NCBI GenBank assembly: GCA_031402435.1
Contig: JANNSJ010000015.1
Span: 132,288-196,287, forward strand
Length of the DNA stretch: 64,000 nucleotides
Reading direction: 5' to 3'
Source of the DNA: Bacteroidota bacterium
Lineage (GTDB): Bacteria > Bacteroidota > Ignavibacteria > UBA10030 > UBA6906
The translations under genes and the position numbers were made by a program. Below, piece after piece: positions 27,287 to 37,109 of the stretch. The notes beneath the pieces are model-generated. The model saw only the letters and a list, made by a program, of their open reading frames with translations. It made no database searches and had not been told where the DNA came from. How positions within the stretch are numbered: the first letter of the stretch is position 1; every line of letters starts with the position of its first letter.

Positions 27287-29332
27287 ATGAATTCATCGGA
27301 CGAACATCGCAGCCTCGCAGCCATCATGTTTACTGACATGGTGGGGTATAGCGCTCTGGCACAGGCAGACGAAGCTCTGGCCATTGAACTGCTTGAAGAG
27401 CAAAGAAGCATTCTGCGCGCACTGTTTACGAAGCATCACGGGCATGAGATCGAAGCCATTGGTGATGGTTTCTTCGTTGAATTTGCCAGCTCACTTGAGT
27501 GTGTTCAGTGCGCCATCGACATCCAAAAAACTTTATTCTCGCGAAACGACGGGGTGGCTGCCGAACGGAGGATTCGCGTGCGCATTGGCCTGCACGTTGG
27601 CGATGTTGTACACAAGGAAGGCCGCGTGCATGGGCACGGCGTGAACATTGCCGCGCGTCTCGAGCCCATTGCGCCGCCAGGTGGAATCTGCCTTTCTGAA
27701 GACATCGCCCGCCAGATAACAAATAAAATTGACCTGCCACTGGAGAAACTCGGGGCGATACCGTTGAAGAACATCAGCCAACCGATGAGCTTATACAGGG
27801 TTGTTCTCCCATGGGACCAGCAGCCGCGTGGTTCGTCCGTACAGTCTGCCATGAGCGTCATAGGAAAACATCGGCGCGCCGTTATTGTGGCCGTTATTGC
27901 GATCGTTGCGGTTGCAGCTTTCTCGCTCTTCGTCTTCAAACAATCCAGTGTTGGAAGAGAACATTTCCTCGCCGTGCTGCCTTTCAAGAATATGAACGAG
28001 AAGGGGGAGGGGGATTATTTTAGCGATGGCATTACTGAAGACGTGATTATGCACCTCTCACGGGTCAACAGATTTCGGGTGACGTCACGAACGTCCATTA
28101 TGCCGTACAAGAATTCGGAGAAGAGTCTGCAGGATATTGGCAGGGAACTCGGTGTGCAGTATGTGCTGGAAGGAAGTGTTCGCCGCGTGGGCGACCGTAT
28201 TCGCATTGTTGCCCAGTTGATTGATGCGGCCATTGATGCCCACATTTGGTCGGAGACATACGACCAGGACTATACAAATATTCTCTCGATTCAAACCGAT
28301 GTTGCAAAAAAAATAGCAAAGGCATTGCAGCCGTCGCTTACGCCTACCGAGACGCAGCGCATTGAATCTCCTCCGACAGAAAATCTTGAGGCGTACGAAC
28401 TCTACATGAAGGGGCGTTACCAGTGGAACAAACGTATGCCCGCTGCCCTTCACAAGAGCGTCACATACTTCCAGGAAGCGATCCGCCAGGATTCGACATT
28501 TACAATTGCCTATGCCGGTTTGGCGGATGCATATATCCTGCTGGGAGACTACACGGAGTTGCGCCCTGAAGATGCATTTGCGAAAGCAAAAGCAATGGCG
28601 CAAAAAGCCATCCGACTCGACCCTGACCTGCCTGAAGCACACACCTCGCTTGGGTATGCCATCATGCACTACGATTGGGATTGGGAAGCAGCCTCAAAGG
28701 AATTCGAGCGTGCAATACAACTCTCCCCAAATAGTGCACAGGCTCATAGCTGGTATGCACTCCTTCAGGCCGTCCGAGGAAAGAACGATGAGGCAATACG
28801 GCTCATCAACAAGGCGCAGGAGTTGGATCCATTCTCTGCTGTCATTCGCACTGACGCTGGATTGGTGTTGTATTTGCTCCGGAAATACGAGATGGCAAAG
28901 GAACAGTGCCGGAAAGCGATGGAGCTTGACCCTATGTTCGGCGCCGCGTATATGCTTGACGGAGCTCTCAAAGAACAGACGGGAAGGAATGCGGAGGCAA
29001 TTGAGAGATACTCACAGATCAGCGCGATGTCACCTGGACATCAAATGATCATAGCCGCTCTTGGACATGCCTTTGCCGCTGGTGGAAAAAAAGAAGATGC
29101 AGAGAATATGCTTGAGCTTCTCCAGGACAAGGCAAAGGGTCAGTATGTGGCCTCGTATTGCTTCGCTGCAATCTACGCAGGCCTAGAGCAACGCGATCAA
29201 TCGATTGCATGGCTTGAACGCGCCTATCATGATCGGGACGGCTTATTACTCTTTCTTGCAGTTGATCCTCGATTTGATAAACTGAGAACTGATATCAGGT
29301 TTATGCGATTGTTGAAACAGATCGGTTTCTGA
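27287..29332 (+). CDS. Adenylate/guanylate cyclase catalytic domain protein with transmembrane helix and C-terminal TPR repeats
   Basis: AIMFTDMVGYSAL...IGLHVGDVV...GVNIAARLE (class III cyclase motifs). Hydrophobic stretch AVIVAVIAIVAVAAFSLFVF. TPR-like repeats in the C-terminal half. Confidence 0.85.
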   Translation: MNSSDEHRSLAAIMFTDMVGYSALAQADEALAIELLEEQRSILRALFTKHHGHEIEAIGDGFFVEFASSLECVQCAIDIQKTLFSRNDGVAAERRIRVRIGLHVGDVVHKEGRVHGHGVNIAARLEPIAPPGGICLSEDIARQITNKIDLPLEKLGAIPLKNISQPMSLYRVVLPWDQQPRGSSVQSAMSVIGKHRRAVIVAVIAIVAVAAFSLFVFKQSSVGREHFLAVLPFKNMNEKGEGDYFSDGITEDVIMHLSRVNRFRVTSRTSIMPYKNSEKSLQDIGRELGVQYVLEGSVRRVGDRIRIVAQLIDAAIDAHIWSETYDQDYTNILSIQTDVAKKIAKALQPSLTPTETQRIESPPTENLEAYELYMKGRYQWNKRMPAALHKSVTYFQEAIRQDSTFTIAYAGLADAYILLGDYTELRPEDAFAKAKAMAQKAIRLDPDLPEAHTSLGYAIMHYDWDWEAASKEFERAIQLSPNSAQAHSWYALLQAVRGKNDEAIRLINKAQELDPFSAVIRTDAGLVLYLLRKYEMAKEQCRKAMELDPMFGAAYMLDGALKEQTGRNAEAIERYSQISAMSPGHQMIIAALGHAFAAGGKKEDAENMLELLQDKAKGQYVASYCFAAIYAGLEQRDQSIAWLERAYHDRDGLLLFLAVDPRFDKLRTDIRFMRLLKQIGF

Positions 29333-29424
29333 AAGTGCCTTGAGCACCTCCAGGATTTTTCCCCGCAGACTGAAGTGCTTGCTTGCAACCTCCATTTTCA
29401 CTAAATTTTTCCACCAAAACCGTA

Positions 29425-29497
29425 GCCCTCATAGCTCAACAGGATAGAGCACAGGTTTCCTAAACCTGGAATCGAGGTTCGAGTCCCCGTGAGGGCA
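29425..29497 (+). tRNA. tRNA-Arg (anticodon CCU)
   Basis: GCCCTCA-TA-GCTC..GAGC-A-CAGGT-TTCCTAA-ACCTG-..-TTCGAGT-..-TGAGGGC-A. CCA not encoded. Confidence 0.85.
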
Positions 29498-29526
29498 CAA
29501 GGGATTTATGATTGTTGATTTTGGAT

Positions 29527-29616
29527 TGTGGATTGAAAAGCAGAACAATCCACGAATAGACACGAATAACACGAAGTAAAGAGCGGATCCACTAAGGACA
29601 CGAAGAAACACGAATC
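29527..29616 (+). repeat. Inverted repeat (tgtggattg/caatccacg) followed by five direct ACACGAA heptamers
   Basis: cCACGAAtagACACGAAtaACACGAAg...ggACACGAAgaaACACGAAtc, immediately 3' of tRNA-Arg and 5' of proS. Confidence 0.7.
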
Positions 29617-29798
29617 AAAAAGATATATAGGATTAGGTTTCCTTCGTGACACTTAGTGTACTTCCTGCCCGACTGTTAGCAAGCCGTAAACGGTCAGGCG
29701 GGCGTGGATCGTTTCATCGTTCGGATTGAAATCAAATGGGACAGGCAAGAATGCCTGTCCTGCGTTTTATTAACTATACATTTTGGACACTGAGTTTC

Positions 29799-31481
29799 AT
29801 GCGCCTTAGCAAAAGCTTCATCCCCACCGTAAAGGAAACACCTTCGGACGCTGTAATTCCCAGTCACCAATTGATGATCCGTGCGGGAATGGTTCGTTTG
29901 CTCGCTGCGGGAGTGTATTCATTCCTGCCACTCGGACAACGGGTGATGAAGAAGGTGATGGAGATAGTCCGGGAAGAAATGGATGCCATCGGCGGACAGG
30001 AATTCCATCTGCCTGCACTGAGTCCGATAGAATTGTGGGAACAAACAGGAAGAGTCAAGGCCTTCGGCGACAACCTGTTTCATCTCAAGAACCGCGCACT
30101 TGTGCTCGCCCCGACGCATGAGGAAGTGATCTGCCTGCTGGCGAAGAACCATATCTCATCCTACAAAGACATGCCGCAGATATGGTACCAGATCCAGACG
30201 AAGTTCAGGAACGAGCCGAGGCCACGATCCGGCGTACTGCGTGGACGGCAGTTCATCATGAAGGACAGCTACAGTCTCGATACTTCATGGGAAGCGCTTG
30301 ACCGGAGCTATGACCTGCACGCCGAGGCATACAAGAAAATCTTCACACGTTGCGGACTTAAGTTCTTCATCGTCGGAGCGTCAAGCGGAGCGATGGGTGG
30401 AACAGGTTCACAGGAATTTATGATGGAGGCGGATGCCGGCGAGGATGTTATCGCTCTCGCGGATTCGTACGCTGCAAACATCGAAGTGGCGACGTCCAAT
30501 GTACCGAAGGCGGAGCGCTCTGCTGAAAGCAAGCCCATGGCCGAAGTTCACACGCCGAATATCAAGACCATCGACCAGCTTGCGGAGTTCCTGAAGGTTG
30601 AGCATGCGAGACTGGCAAAGTCCGTGGTGTACTGGGCTGACGATAAGCCTGTGCTTGTGTTGATGATGGGGAATGATGAGCTGAACGAATCAAAGCTGAT
30701 GTCCGTGATGGGCGCGGATGTTCGTCCGATAGAGGCGGAGAAACTGCTGGCACTTACCGGCGCAGATGGCGGGTCAATTGGTCCTGTGGGACTCAAAGGT
30801 TTCAAGATCATTGCCGACAAGCGGCTTGAGGGTGCGAACAATCTTGTCAGTGGAGCAAACAAGAATGACTACCATCTGGTGAACATCGACCTTCAGCGCG
30901 ACTGCAAGGTCGAAAGCTACCACGATCTCCGCACTGTTCAGGCAGGAGAGCCGAGCCCGGATGGGAAGGGAAACCTGAGGATCGTGAAAGGTGTGGAGCT
31001 TGGCCACATCTTCAAGCTCGGGACGAAGTACTCTGATGCGTTGACGGCGACATTCCTTGATGAGACCGGCGTTGCTCATCCGATCATCATGGGAAGCTAC
31101 GGCATCGGCATGGAGCGCATCGTTGCCTGCCACATCGAACAGAACCACGACGCCAATGGCATCATCTGGGACAAAGCCATGGCTCCGTTTCAGATTCACC
31201 TGATCGCTGTCTCCAAGAGTGAAGTGGTACGTGAAATGGCTGAAAAGATTTATACCGACTTGATCGATGATGGCGTTGAAGTATTGTTTGATGACAGGGT
31301 GGACACGAGTCCAGGCTTCAAGTTCAAAGATGCGGATTTACTCGGCATGCCGTATCAAGTGATTGTGGGAGAGAAGAACCTTGCGGCAGGGAAGATCGAG
31401 ATCAAGGAACGCAAGACCGGTGAGAGAACGTTGGTTGATGCTGCCGATATCATAACGAAGATTCAATCACTCTTGGTGTAA
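29799..31481 (+). CDS. proS: Prolyl-tRNA synthetase
   Basis: Class II aaRS motifs; N-terminus PSHQLMIRAGMVRLLAAGVYSFLPLG typical of ProRS. Start MRLSKSF at 29799 preferred over ORF-track 29736. Confidence 0.9.
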   Translation: MRLSKSFIPTVKETPSDAVIPSHQLMIRAGMVRLLAAGVYSFLPLGQRVMKKVMEIVREEMDAIGGQEFHLPALSPIELWEQTGRVKAFGDNLFHLKNRALVLAPTHEEVICLLAKNHISSYKDMPQIWYQIQTKFRNEPRPRSGVLRGRQFIMKDSYSLDTSWEALDRSYDLHAEAYKKIFTRCGLKFFIVGASSGAMGGTGSQEFMMEADAGEDVIALADSYAANIEVATSNVPKAERSAESKPMAEVHTPNIKTIDQLAEFLKVEHARLAKSVVYWADDKPVLVLMMGNDELNESKLMSVMGADVRPIEAEKLLALTGADGGSIGPVGLKGFKIIADKRLEGANNLVSGANKNDYHLVNIDLQRDCKVESYHDLRTVQAGEPSPDGKGNLRIVKGVELGHIFKLGTKYSDALTATFLDETGVAHPIIMGSYGIGMERIVACHIEQNHDANGIIWDKAMAPFQIHLIAVSKSEVVREMAEKIYTDLIDDGVEVLFDDRVDTSPGFKFKDADLLGMPYQVIVGEKNLAAGKIEIKERKTGERTLVDAADIITKIQSLLV

Positions 31482-32911
31482 TGGAAGCTTCGAAATTCCT
31501 GGTTGGCGGTGCATGGCGGGCATCCAGCGAAACCAAATTCGTCATCAATCCTTACAGCAATACCGTCGTCGGTGAAGTGTATCAGGCCTCCAGCCAGGAC
31601 ATTGATGATGCCATCCAGGCTGCCTCAACCGCCTTCAAGAAGACCCGCCAGCTTCAATCGTATGAACGGGCAGACATTCTCTCGTGCATTTCCAGCCATC
31701 TTGAAGCCGACAAAGAGAAGTTTGCCCGGCTTATTACTGCTGAAACCGGAAAGCCGATAACCTTCTCTCGCTCCGAGGTGGATCGTAGCGTGTTCACGTT
31801 CCAGTATGCCGCTGAAGAGGCGAAGCGCATGGAAGGTTCCGTGCTCCCGCTCGATCTCGCTATGCATGCATCCAACCGATTCGGGATTGTCCAGAGGTTT
31901 CCTCTTGGCGTGGTTGGAGCTATAACACCGTTCAACTTCCCGATCAACCTGGTTGCTCATAAGGTGGCTCCGGCTATTGCGGCTGGCAACAGCTTCATCC
32001 TCAAGCCTTCATCGAACGCGCCGATGACAGCCTTGCTTCTTGGAGAGATCATTCTGAAATCTGGCTATCCGACTGAAGCAATTAATATCATACCATGCAG
32101 TGGAAACAAAGCAGATCAACTTGTTGCAGACGAGCGGGTTAAGCTGATAAGCTTCACTGGAAGTCCGGCTATCGGTTGGCCTTTGAAAACGAAAGCAGGG
32201 AAGAAGAGCGTGGTGTTGGAACTCGGAGGCAACGCCGCAGTTATCGTGGACAAAGGAACCGACCTGCCTCCGGCGGTCAAAAGAATTGCATCGGGTGCGT
32301 ATGGTAATGCAGGGCAGTCATGTATCGCCGTGCAGCGCGTATATGTCTACAAAGAACAGTATCAGAGCTTCCTTGATGAGCTTGTAGTTGAATCAAAGGC
32401 AATAAAGGTCGGCGATCCGGCAGATGAGGCAACGGTCGTCGGTCCAATGATTGATGAAGCATCGGCTAAGAAAGTAGAGGAGTGGATTACTGAAGCAGTG
32501 CGAGGCGGAGCACGAATACTCTGTGGCGGAAAACGACATGGAGCAGTTCTTGATCCTACGGTTATTGTGGACGTAAAGCACGATATGAAAATAAGTTGCC
32601 ATGAAGTCTTCGCTCCAGTCGTGACGGTGGCGCCATTTGACAGCTTCGAGCAGGCAGTGGAAATGGCCAACAACTCCGCTTTCGGACTGCAGGCCGGCGT
32701 ATTCACCAATGACTTCTCACACGTTCTCTATGCGTACAAGACTTTGGAAGTGGGAGGAGTGATCATCAACGACTACCCGACATTCCGGATTGATCATATG
32801 CCGTATGGGGGAGTGAAAGATTCCGGCTTCGGCCGTGAAGGTATCAAGTATGCAATCGAAGAGATGACGGAGTCCAAGTTGTTGGTAGTCAATCAACAGT
32901 CTGCTTCATGA
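31481..32911 (+). CDS. NAD(P)-dependent aldehyde dehydrogenase family protein
   Basis: ELGGNAAVIV (Glu), GQSCIAVQRVYV (catalytic Cys), 476 aa. Confidence 0.85.
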   Translation: MEASKFLVGGAWRASSETKFVINPYSNTVVGEVYQASSQDIDDAIQAASTAFKKTRQLQSYERADILSCISSHLEADKEKFARLITAETGKPITFSRSEVDRSVFTFQYAAEEAKRMEGSVLPLDLAMHASNRFGIVQRFPLGVVGAITPFNFPINLVAHKVAPAIAAGNSFILKPSSNAPMTALLLGEIILKSGYPTEAINIIPCSGNKADQLVADERVKLISFTGSPAIGWPLKTKAGKKSVVLELGGNAAVIVDKGTDLPPAVKRIASGAYGNAGQSCIAVQRVYVYKEQYQSFLDELVVESKAIKVGDPADEATVVGPMIDEASAKKVEEWITEAVRGGARILCGGKRHGAVLDPTVIVDVKHDMKISCHEVFAPVVTVAPFDSFEQAVEMANNSAFGLQAGVFTNDFSHVLYAYKTLEVGGVIINDYPTFRIDHMPYGGVKDSGFGREGIKYAIEEMTESKLLVVNQQSAS

Positions 32912-33082
32912 TGAGTGATGCATTCGACGAGATGATGTTGTTGCCCGTTTACTGAATTGCGTGTGGTAAAATTGTTCACAACTTCTCGTTCGTCCCTCTT
33001 GCCTTTTGGCTCGTCTCTCGTTACAATAATTCAGACGCTGTCATTTGATGTTTGATTCTTGAAATTTGGATACTTGACTACG

Positions 33083-36000
33083 ATGTCACAGTTTGTACAT
33101 CTACACAATCATTCCCATTACAGCCTTCTCGACGGTGCCTGCCGCATTGATGATCTGATTGGGGCTGCTGTGGAAAACAAGATGCCCGCTGTCGCTTTAA
33201 CTGACCATGGCGTCATGTTTGGAGCCATTGAATTCTACAAGAAGGCTGAGAAGGCCGGCATCAAGCCGATTATCGGCATGGAAGCCTACATCGTTACGAA
33301 GGGAAGCCGCTTCGAAAAGTCTACTCAGCCCACTGAATCCGGTGGCAAGCGCTCTGCTTACCACCACATGGTTCTTCTTGCCAAGGATGAGCAAGGATAT
33401 AAGAACCTTATCAAGCTCTGCACAATCGGCCACGTCGATGGGTTCTACTACAAACCAAGAATTGATACAGAAGTGCTCCGGCAGTACCGTGAAGGATTGG
33501 TGGCGACTTCTGCCTGCGCTGGCGGGGTGGTTTCTGCTCATCTCATTGCGGGCAGGGATGCTGAGGCATACGAGGCGGCGCAAATCTACAAGGATATCTT
33601 TGGCGAAGACTTTTACATTGAGATTCAGAATCATGGACTGGAAGCCGAAGCAGTGGTCCGGGCAAAAGCGCCCAAGCTTGCAAAGGATCTTGGACTGAAG
33701 CTGATTTGCACGAACGACATCCATTATCTCAAGCACGAACACGCGATCGCACATAACATCATGCTGCTGATCCCTGATTCGAGCAGTACAAACACTCCCG
33801 ACTATACCCAGCTTCGTTATAAGACAGATCAGGTTTACTTCAAGTCTACCAAGGAGATGCTTGACCTCTTCAAGGATTTTCCCGAGGCCATTGCGTCAAC
33901 GCTGGAGGTTGCGGAGAAGTGCAATCTGAAGTTGAACCTCAAAAAGAATTTCATGCCGGACTTTCCGATCCCGAAGGAAGCCGGTGTGAGTACGCTTGAT
34001 GAATACTTTGACAAGTTGAGCCGTCAGGGATTTCAGAAGCGATATCCAAAGCCATCTCCTGATCTCCAGGCGAGGTTGGAGCACGAGCTGAACGTAATCA
34101 AGAAAATGGGGTATGCGGGATATTTCCTGATTGTGGCTGATTTTATCTCTGCCGCGCGAGCGATGGGCGTTGCCGTTGGTCCCGGACGAGGAAGCGCTGC
34201 AGGTAGTGTTGTTTCGTATGCTCTTGGTATCACAAACGTCGATCCCATCAAGTACGATTTGCTTTTCGAGCGGTTCCTCAACCCTGATCGTGTGAGCATG
34301 CCTGATATTGACATTGACTTCTCCGACACGAAGCGCGATAAGGTCATCCAATACGTGCGTGAGAAGTATGGACAGGATTCCGTCTCTCAGATCATCACGT
34401 TCGGTACGTTGTCATCCCGCGCAGTGTTGAAGGATGTCGGTCGCGTGTTGGGCATCCCGCTGAGTACGATCGACTCAATCACGAAAGCAATTCCAGTGGA
34501 GCAAGGGAAAGTGCGCCCTCTTGCCGATGCTCTTGAAACGCTTCCCGACTTAAAGTGGGTCAAGGAAAGTAACGATCCGAAGATCAAAACACTGATTGAG
34601 GCGTCGCTGGTACTGGAGGGAATGAACCGCGGTGCAGGCATGCATGCTGCGGGAGTTGTTATTGCACCCGGCAACATCAGCGACTTCGTGCCGCTGTACA
34701 AAACTCCGAACACGGAGATGATGACGCAGTACAATATGAAGGATCTTGAGACGGCGGGTCTGCTTAAGATGGACTTCCTCGGACTGCGAACGCTCTCGGT
34801 ACTCGAGAATGCTCTCCTCTTGATCAAGCAGAAGCACGGAGTTGAAGTTGATCTTGATGCGCTGCCGGAGGATGATGCGAAAACGTTCGAACTGTTCGCC
34901 CGCGGTGATACGGTAGGCGTGTTCCAGTTTGAAAGCTCCGGCATGCGTGACTGGCTCACGAAGCTTAAACCGACATCAATCAGCGATCTGGTTGCAATGA
35001 ACGCTTTGTATCGTCCCGGCCCGATGGAAATGATCGGTGACTTCATTGCACGTAAACACGGACTGCAGAAGATCAACTACGACCACCCGAAACTCGAAGG
35101 CGTGCTGAAGGAAACGTACGGCGTTATCGTGTATCAGGAACAGGTGATGAAGATTGCAAGTGAGATTGCCGGCTTTACACTCGCCAAAGCCGACCTGATG
35201 CGCCGTGCCATGGGGAAGAAGGACAAGAACCTCATGGCCGAGTTGAAGGAAGAGTTCGTGAAGGGCGCTGTGGAGAAGGAGACAGCGAAAAAGACCGCTG
35301 GCGAAATCTTCGACTTGATTGAGAAGTTCGCATCGTACGGGTTCAACAAGTCGCATAGCGTTGCCTATTCCGTTGTTGCGTACCAAACCGCATACCTCAA
35401 GGCGCATTACCAGGCGGAGTTCATGGCTGCAACACTCTCCTCCGAAATTGGCAATACGGATCGTATCGTAAAGCTGATTGATGACTGCCGGAAGCTGAAC
35501 ATCAAAGTGTTGCCCCCGGACGTGAACGAGAGTGGTAACGACTTCAACGTTGTGAATGGCGATATCCGCTTCGGTCTTTGCGCAATCCGTAACGTGGGCG
35601 AGAGTGCAATCGATTCCGTGATCAAGACGAGGTTGGAAGAGGGATCGTTCAAGAATGTGTTTGATTTCTGCAAGCGTGTCGACTTACGGCTCGTGAACAA
35701 GAAGTGTCTCGAAAGTCTTGTCCAGTCCGGTGCATTTGATGGATTCGGAATTCATCGTGCGCAGTTGTTCGAGAACATCGAACGTGCAATAACGTTTGGC
35801 TCAACCTATCAGACCCAGTCAATGAGCGGCCAGTCGGCATTATTCGATGACTTCAGCAAGCAAAGTCAGACCGTCAGCTATCCCCAGTTGAACGAAGCCA
35901 AAGCATGGACGGAAAGCGAGAAACTGACGCGGGAGAAGGCGATGCTCGGATTTTATGTTTCCGGCCACCCGCTGCTCAAGTTTGAGCATGAGATTAACGA

Positions 36001-36541
36001 GTTTGCCAATGTGCATTTCGGCGATGTGAACGGATTCAAGAATGGAAGTACTGTGAAGGCATGCGGCATTGTCAGTGCAGTGAAGAAGAAAATCGACAAG
36101 CGCGGCAACACGATGGCATTCATTGACATTGAGGACTTCAGCGGCAAGGCAGAGTGCATTGTCTTCTCCGATGCGTTCGCGAAGTACCAGCAGTTCCTTC
36201 AGCCGGATGCGATGGTGATGGTCTCCGGCAAAGGAGAGGTAAACGGTGAACTTCTCAAGATCCTTGTGAATGATGTTGACCCGATGGAAAAAGTGAGAGA
36301 GAAGTTCACAAAGAGTATTATCCTCTCCATCAACCTAAACGATGTTCAGGAACATGCCATCGCCGAGTTGCGTGTATTGATGGAAAAGAGCAAAGGGAAC
36401 TGCTCATGCTATTTTAATGTTGTTCAAGCAGGAGCCAACAAGATATATCATACGAGAAAGTTTTCCATCGAGCCCTCTGATGCATTTGTCGGTGAGGCCA
36501 CGCGGATTCTCGGGCCGCACAGCGTCAGGTTCTCGGCTTGA
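33083..36541 (+). CDS. dnaE: DNA polymerase III alpha subunit
   Basis: PHP domain start MSQFVHLHNHSHYSLLDGA..., ~1150 aa. Confidence 0.9.
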   Translation: MSQFVHLHNHSHYSLLDGACRIDDLIGAAVENKMPAVALTDHGVMFGAIEFYKKAEKAGIKPIIGMEAYIVTKGSRFEKSTQPTESGGKRSAYHHMVLLAKDEQGYKNLIKLCTIGHVDGFYYKPRIDTEVLRQYREGLVATSACAGGVVSAHLIAGRDAEAYEAAQIYKDIFGEDFYIEIQNHGLEAEAVVRAKAPKLAKDLGLKLICTNDIHYLKHEHAIAHNIMLLIPDSSSTNTPDYTQLRYKTDQVYFKSTKEMLDLFKDFPEAIASTLEVAEKCNLKLNLKKNFMPDFPIPKEAGVSTLDEYFDKLSRQGFQKRYPKPSPDLQARLEHELNVIKKMGYAGYFLIVADFISAARAMGVAVGPGRGSAAGSVVSYALGITNVDPIKYDLLFERFLNPDRVSMPDIDIDFSDTKRDKVIQYVREKYGQDSVSQIITFGTLSSRAVLKDVGRVLGIPLSTIDSITKAIPVEQGKVRPLADALETLPDLKWVKESNDPKIKTLIEASLVLEGMNRGAGMHAAGVVIAPGNISDFVPLYKTPNTEMMTQYNMKDLETAGLLKMDFLGLRTLSVLENALLLIKQKHGVEVDLDALPEDDAKTFELFARGDTVGVFQFESSGMRDWLTKLKPTSISDLVAMNALYRPGPMEMIGDFIARKHGLQKINYDHPKLEGVLKETYGVIVYQEQVMKIASEIAGFTLAKADLMRRAMGKKDKNLMAELKEEFVKGAVEKETAKKTAGEIFDLIEKFASYGFNKSHSVAYSVVAYQTAYLKAHYQAEFMAATLSSEIGNTDRIVKLIDDCRKLNIKVLPPDVNESGNDFNVVNGDIRFGLCAIRNVGESAIDSVIKTRLEEGSFKNVFDFCKRVDLRLVNKKCLESLVQSGAFDGFGIHRAQLFENIERAITFGSTYQTQSMSGQSALFDDFSKQSQTVSYPQLNEAKAWTESEKLTREKAMLGFYVSGHPLLKFEHEINEFANVHFGDVNGFKNGSTVKACGIVSAVKKKIDKRGNTMAFIDIEDFSGKAECIVFSDAFAKYQQFLQPDAMVMVSGKGEVNGELLKILVNDVDPMEKVREKFTKSIILSINLNDVQEHAIAELRVLMEKSKGNCSCYFNVVQAGANKIYHTRKFSIEPSDAFVGEATRILGPHSVRFSA

Positions 36542-36559
36542 ATCGAAGGCTCAACACAA

Positions 36560-36604
36560 GTCACCATGACCCCAAGCAACACCATCGCGTCGTGGTGACG
36601 TTTT
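36560..36604 (+). terminator. Putative hairpin terminator after dnaE
   Basis: gtcaccatgac ... gtcgtggtgac (10/11 bp) followed by gtttt. Confidence 0.4.
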
Positions 36605-36626
36605 AATGAAACCCTAAGGAGGAGCA

Positions 36627-36956
36627 GTGAAACCAATCGAACTTACTGATGCAAATTTTGAACAGGAAGTGCTCAAGTCTGACAGCCCCGTGCTTATTGA
36701 TTTCTGGGCGGTCTGGTGCGGACCGTGCAAGATGATCGGCCCTGTTGTGGAGGAGATTGCCAACGAGTACGAAGGCAAACTGAAGGTTGGAAAACTCGAC
36801 GTCGATAAGAATCCGGAAGTGTCCATGAAATTCGGGATTCGCAGCATTCCCACGTTGATGGTTTTCAAAGGCGGGAAAGTTGTCGAGCAGATCATCGGCG
36901 CTGTGCCGAAGAAGAACCTGGTCGACAAAGTTCTTCCACACATTTCAGTGAACTAG
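36627..36956 (+). CDS. trxA: Thioredoxin
   Basis: WAVWCGPCKMIGPV active site. GTG start preceded by aggagg. Confidence 0.9.
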   Translation: MKPIELTDANFEQEVLKSDSPVLIDFWAVWCGPCKMIGPVVEEIANEYEGKLKVGKLDVDKNPEVSMKFGIRSIPTLMVFKGGKVVEQIIGAVPKKNLVDKVLPHISVN

Positions 36957-36981
36957 CTTCTCAGTTGTTTAGTAGCAGGAT

Positions 36982-37012
36982 GCCCGGTCTTTAACAAGGC
37001 CGGGCTTTTGTA
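36982..37012 (+). terminator. Rho-independent terminator after trxA
   Basis: gcccggtc-tttaacaag-gccgggc followed by ttttgtatttg. Confidence 0.6.
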
Positions 37013-37109
37013 TTTGTATCCGCCTGTTTGCAACTCGTATTTGTTTTCGATATTTTTGCAGTCACAAGTTCATTTCATCTCCTTCTTCATTCAATTCCCC
37101 GGAGCTTTC

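Noticed and set aside
27426-28669. Minus-strand ORFs 27505..27987, 27426..27740, 28085..28669 within the cyclase gene
   Set aside because: Antisense frames. The plus frame has the class III cyclase motifs and TPR repeats.
29551-29616. ACACGAA heptamer array considered as a CRISPR or rRNA-operon element
   Set aside because: The units are 7 nt and irregularly spaced. No cas genes or spacers. It is kept as a possible regulatory or att-like site instead.
33197-35407. Multiple ORFs of 150-230 aa on both strands inside dnaE
   Set aside because: Alternative frames of a long conserved gene. No independent support.
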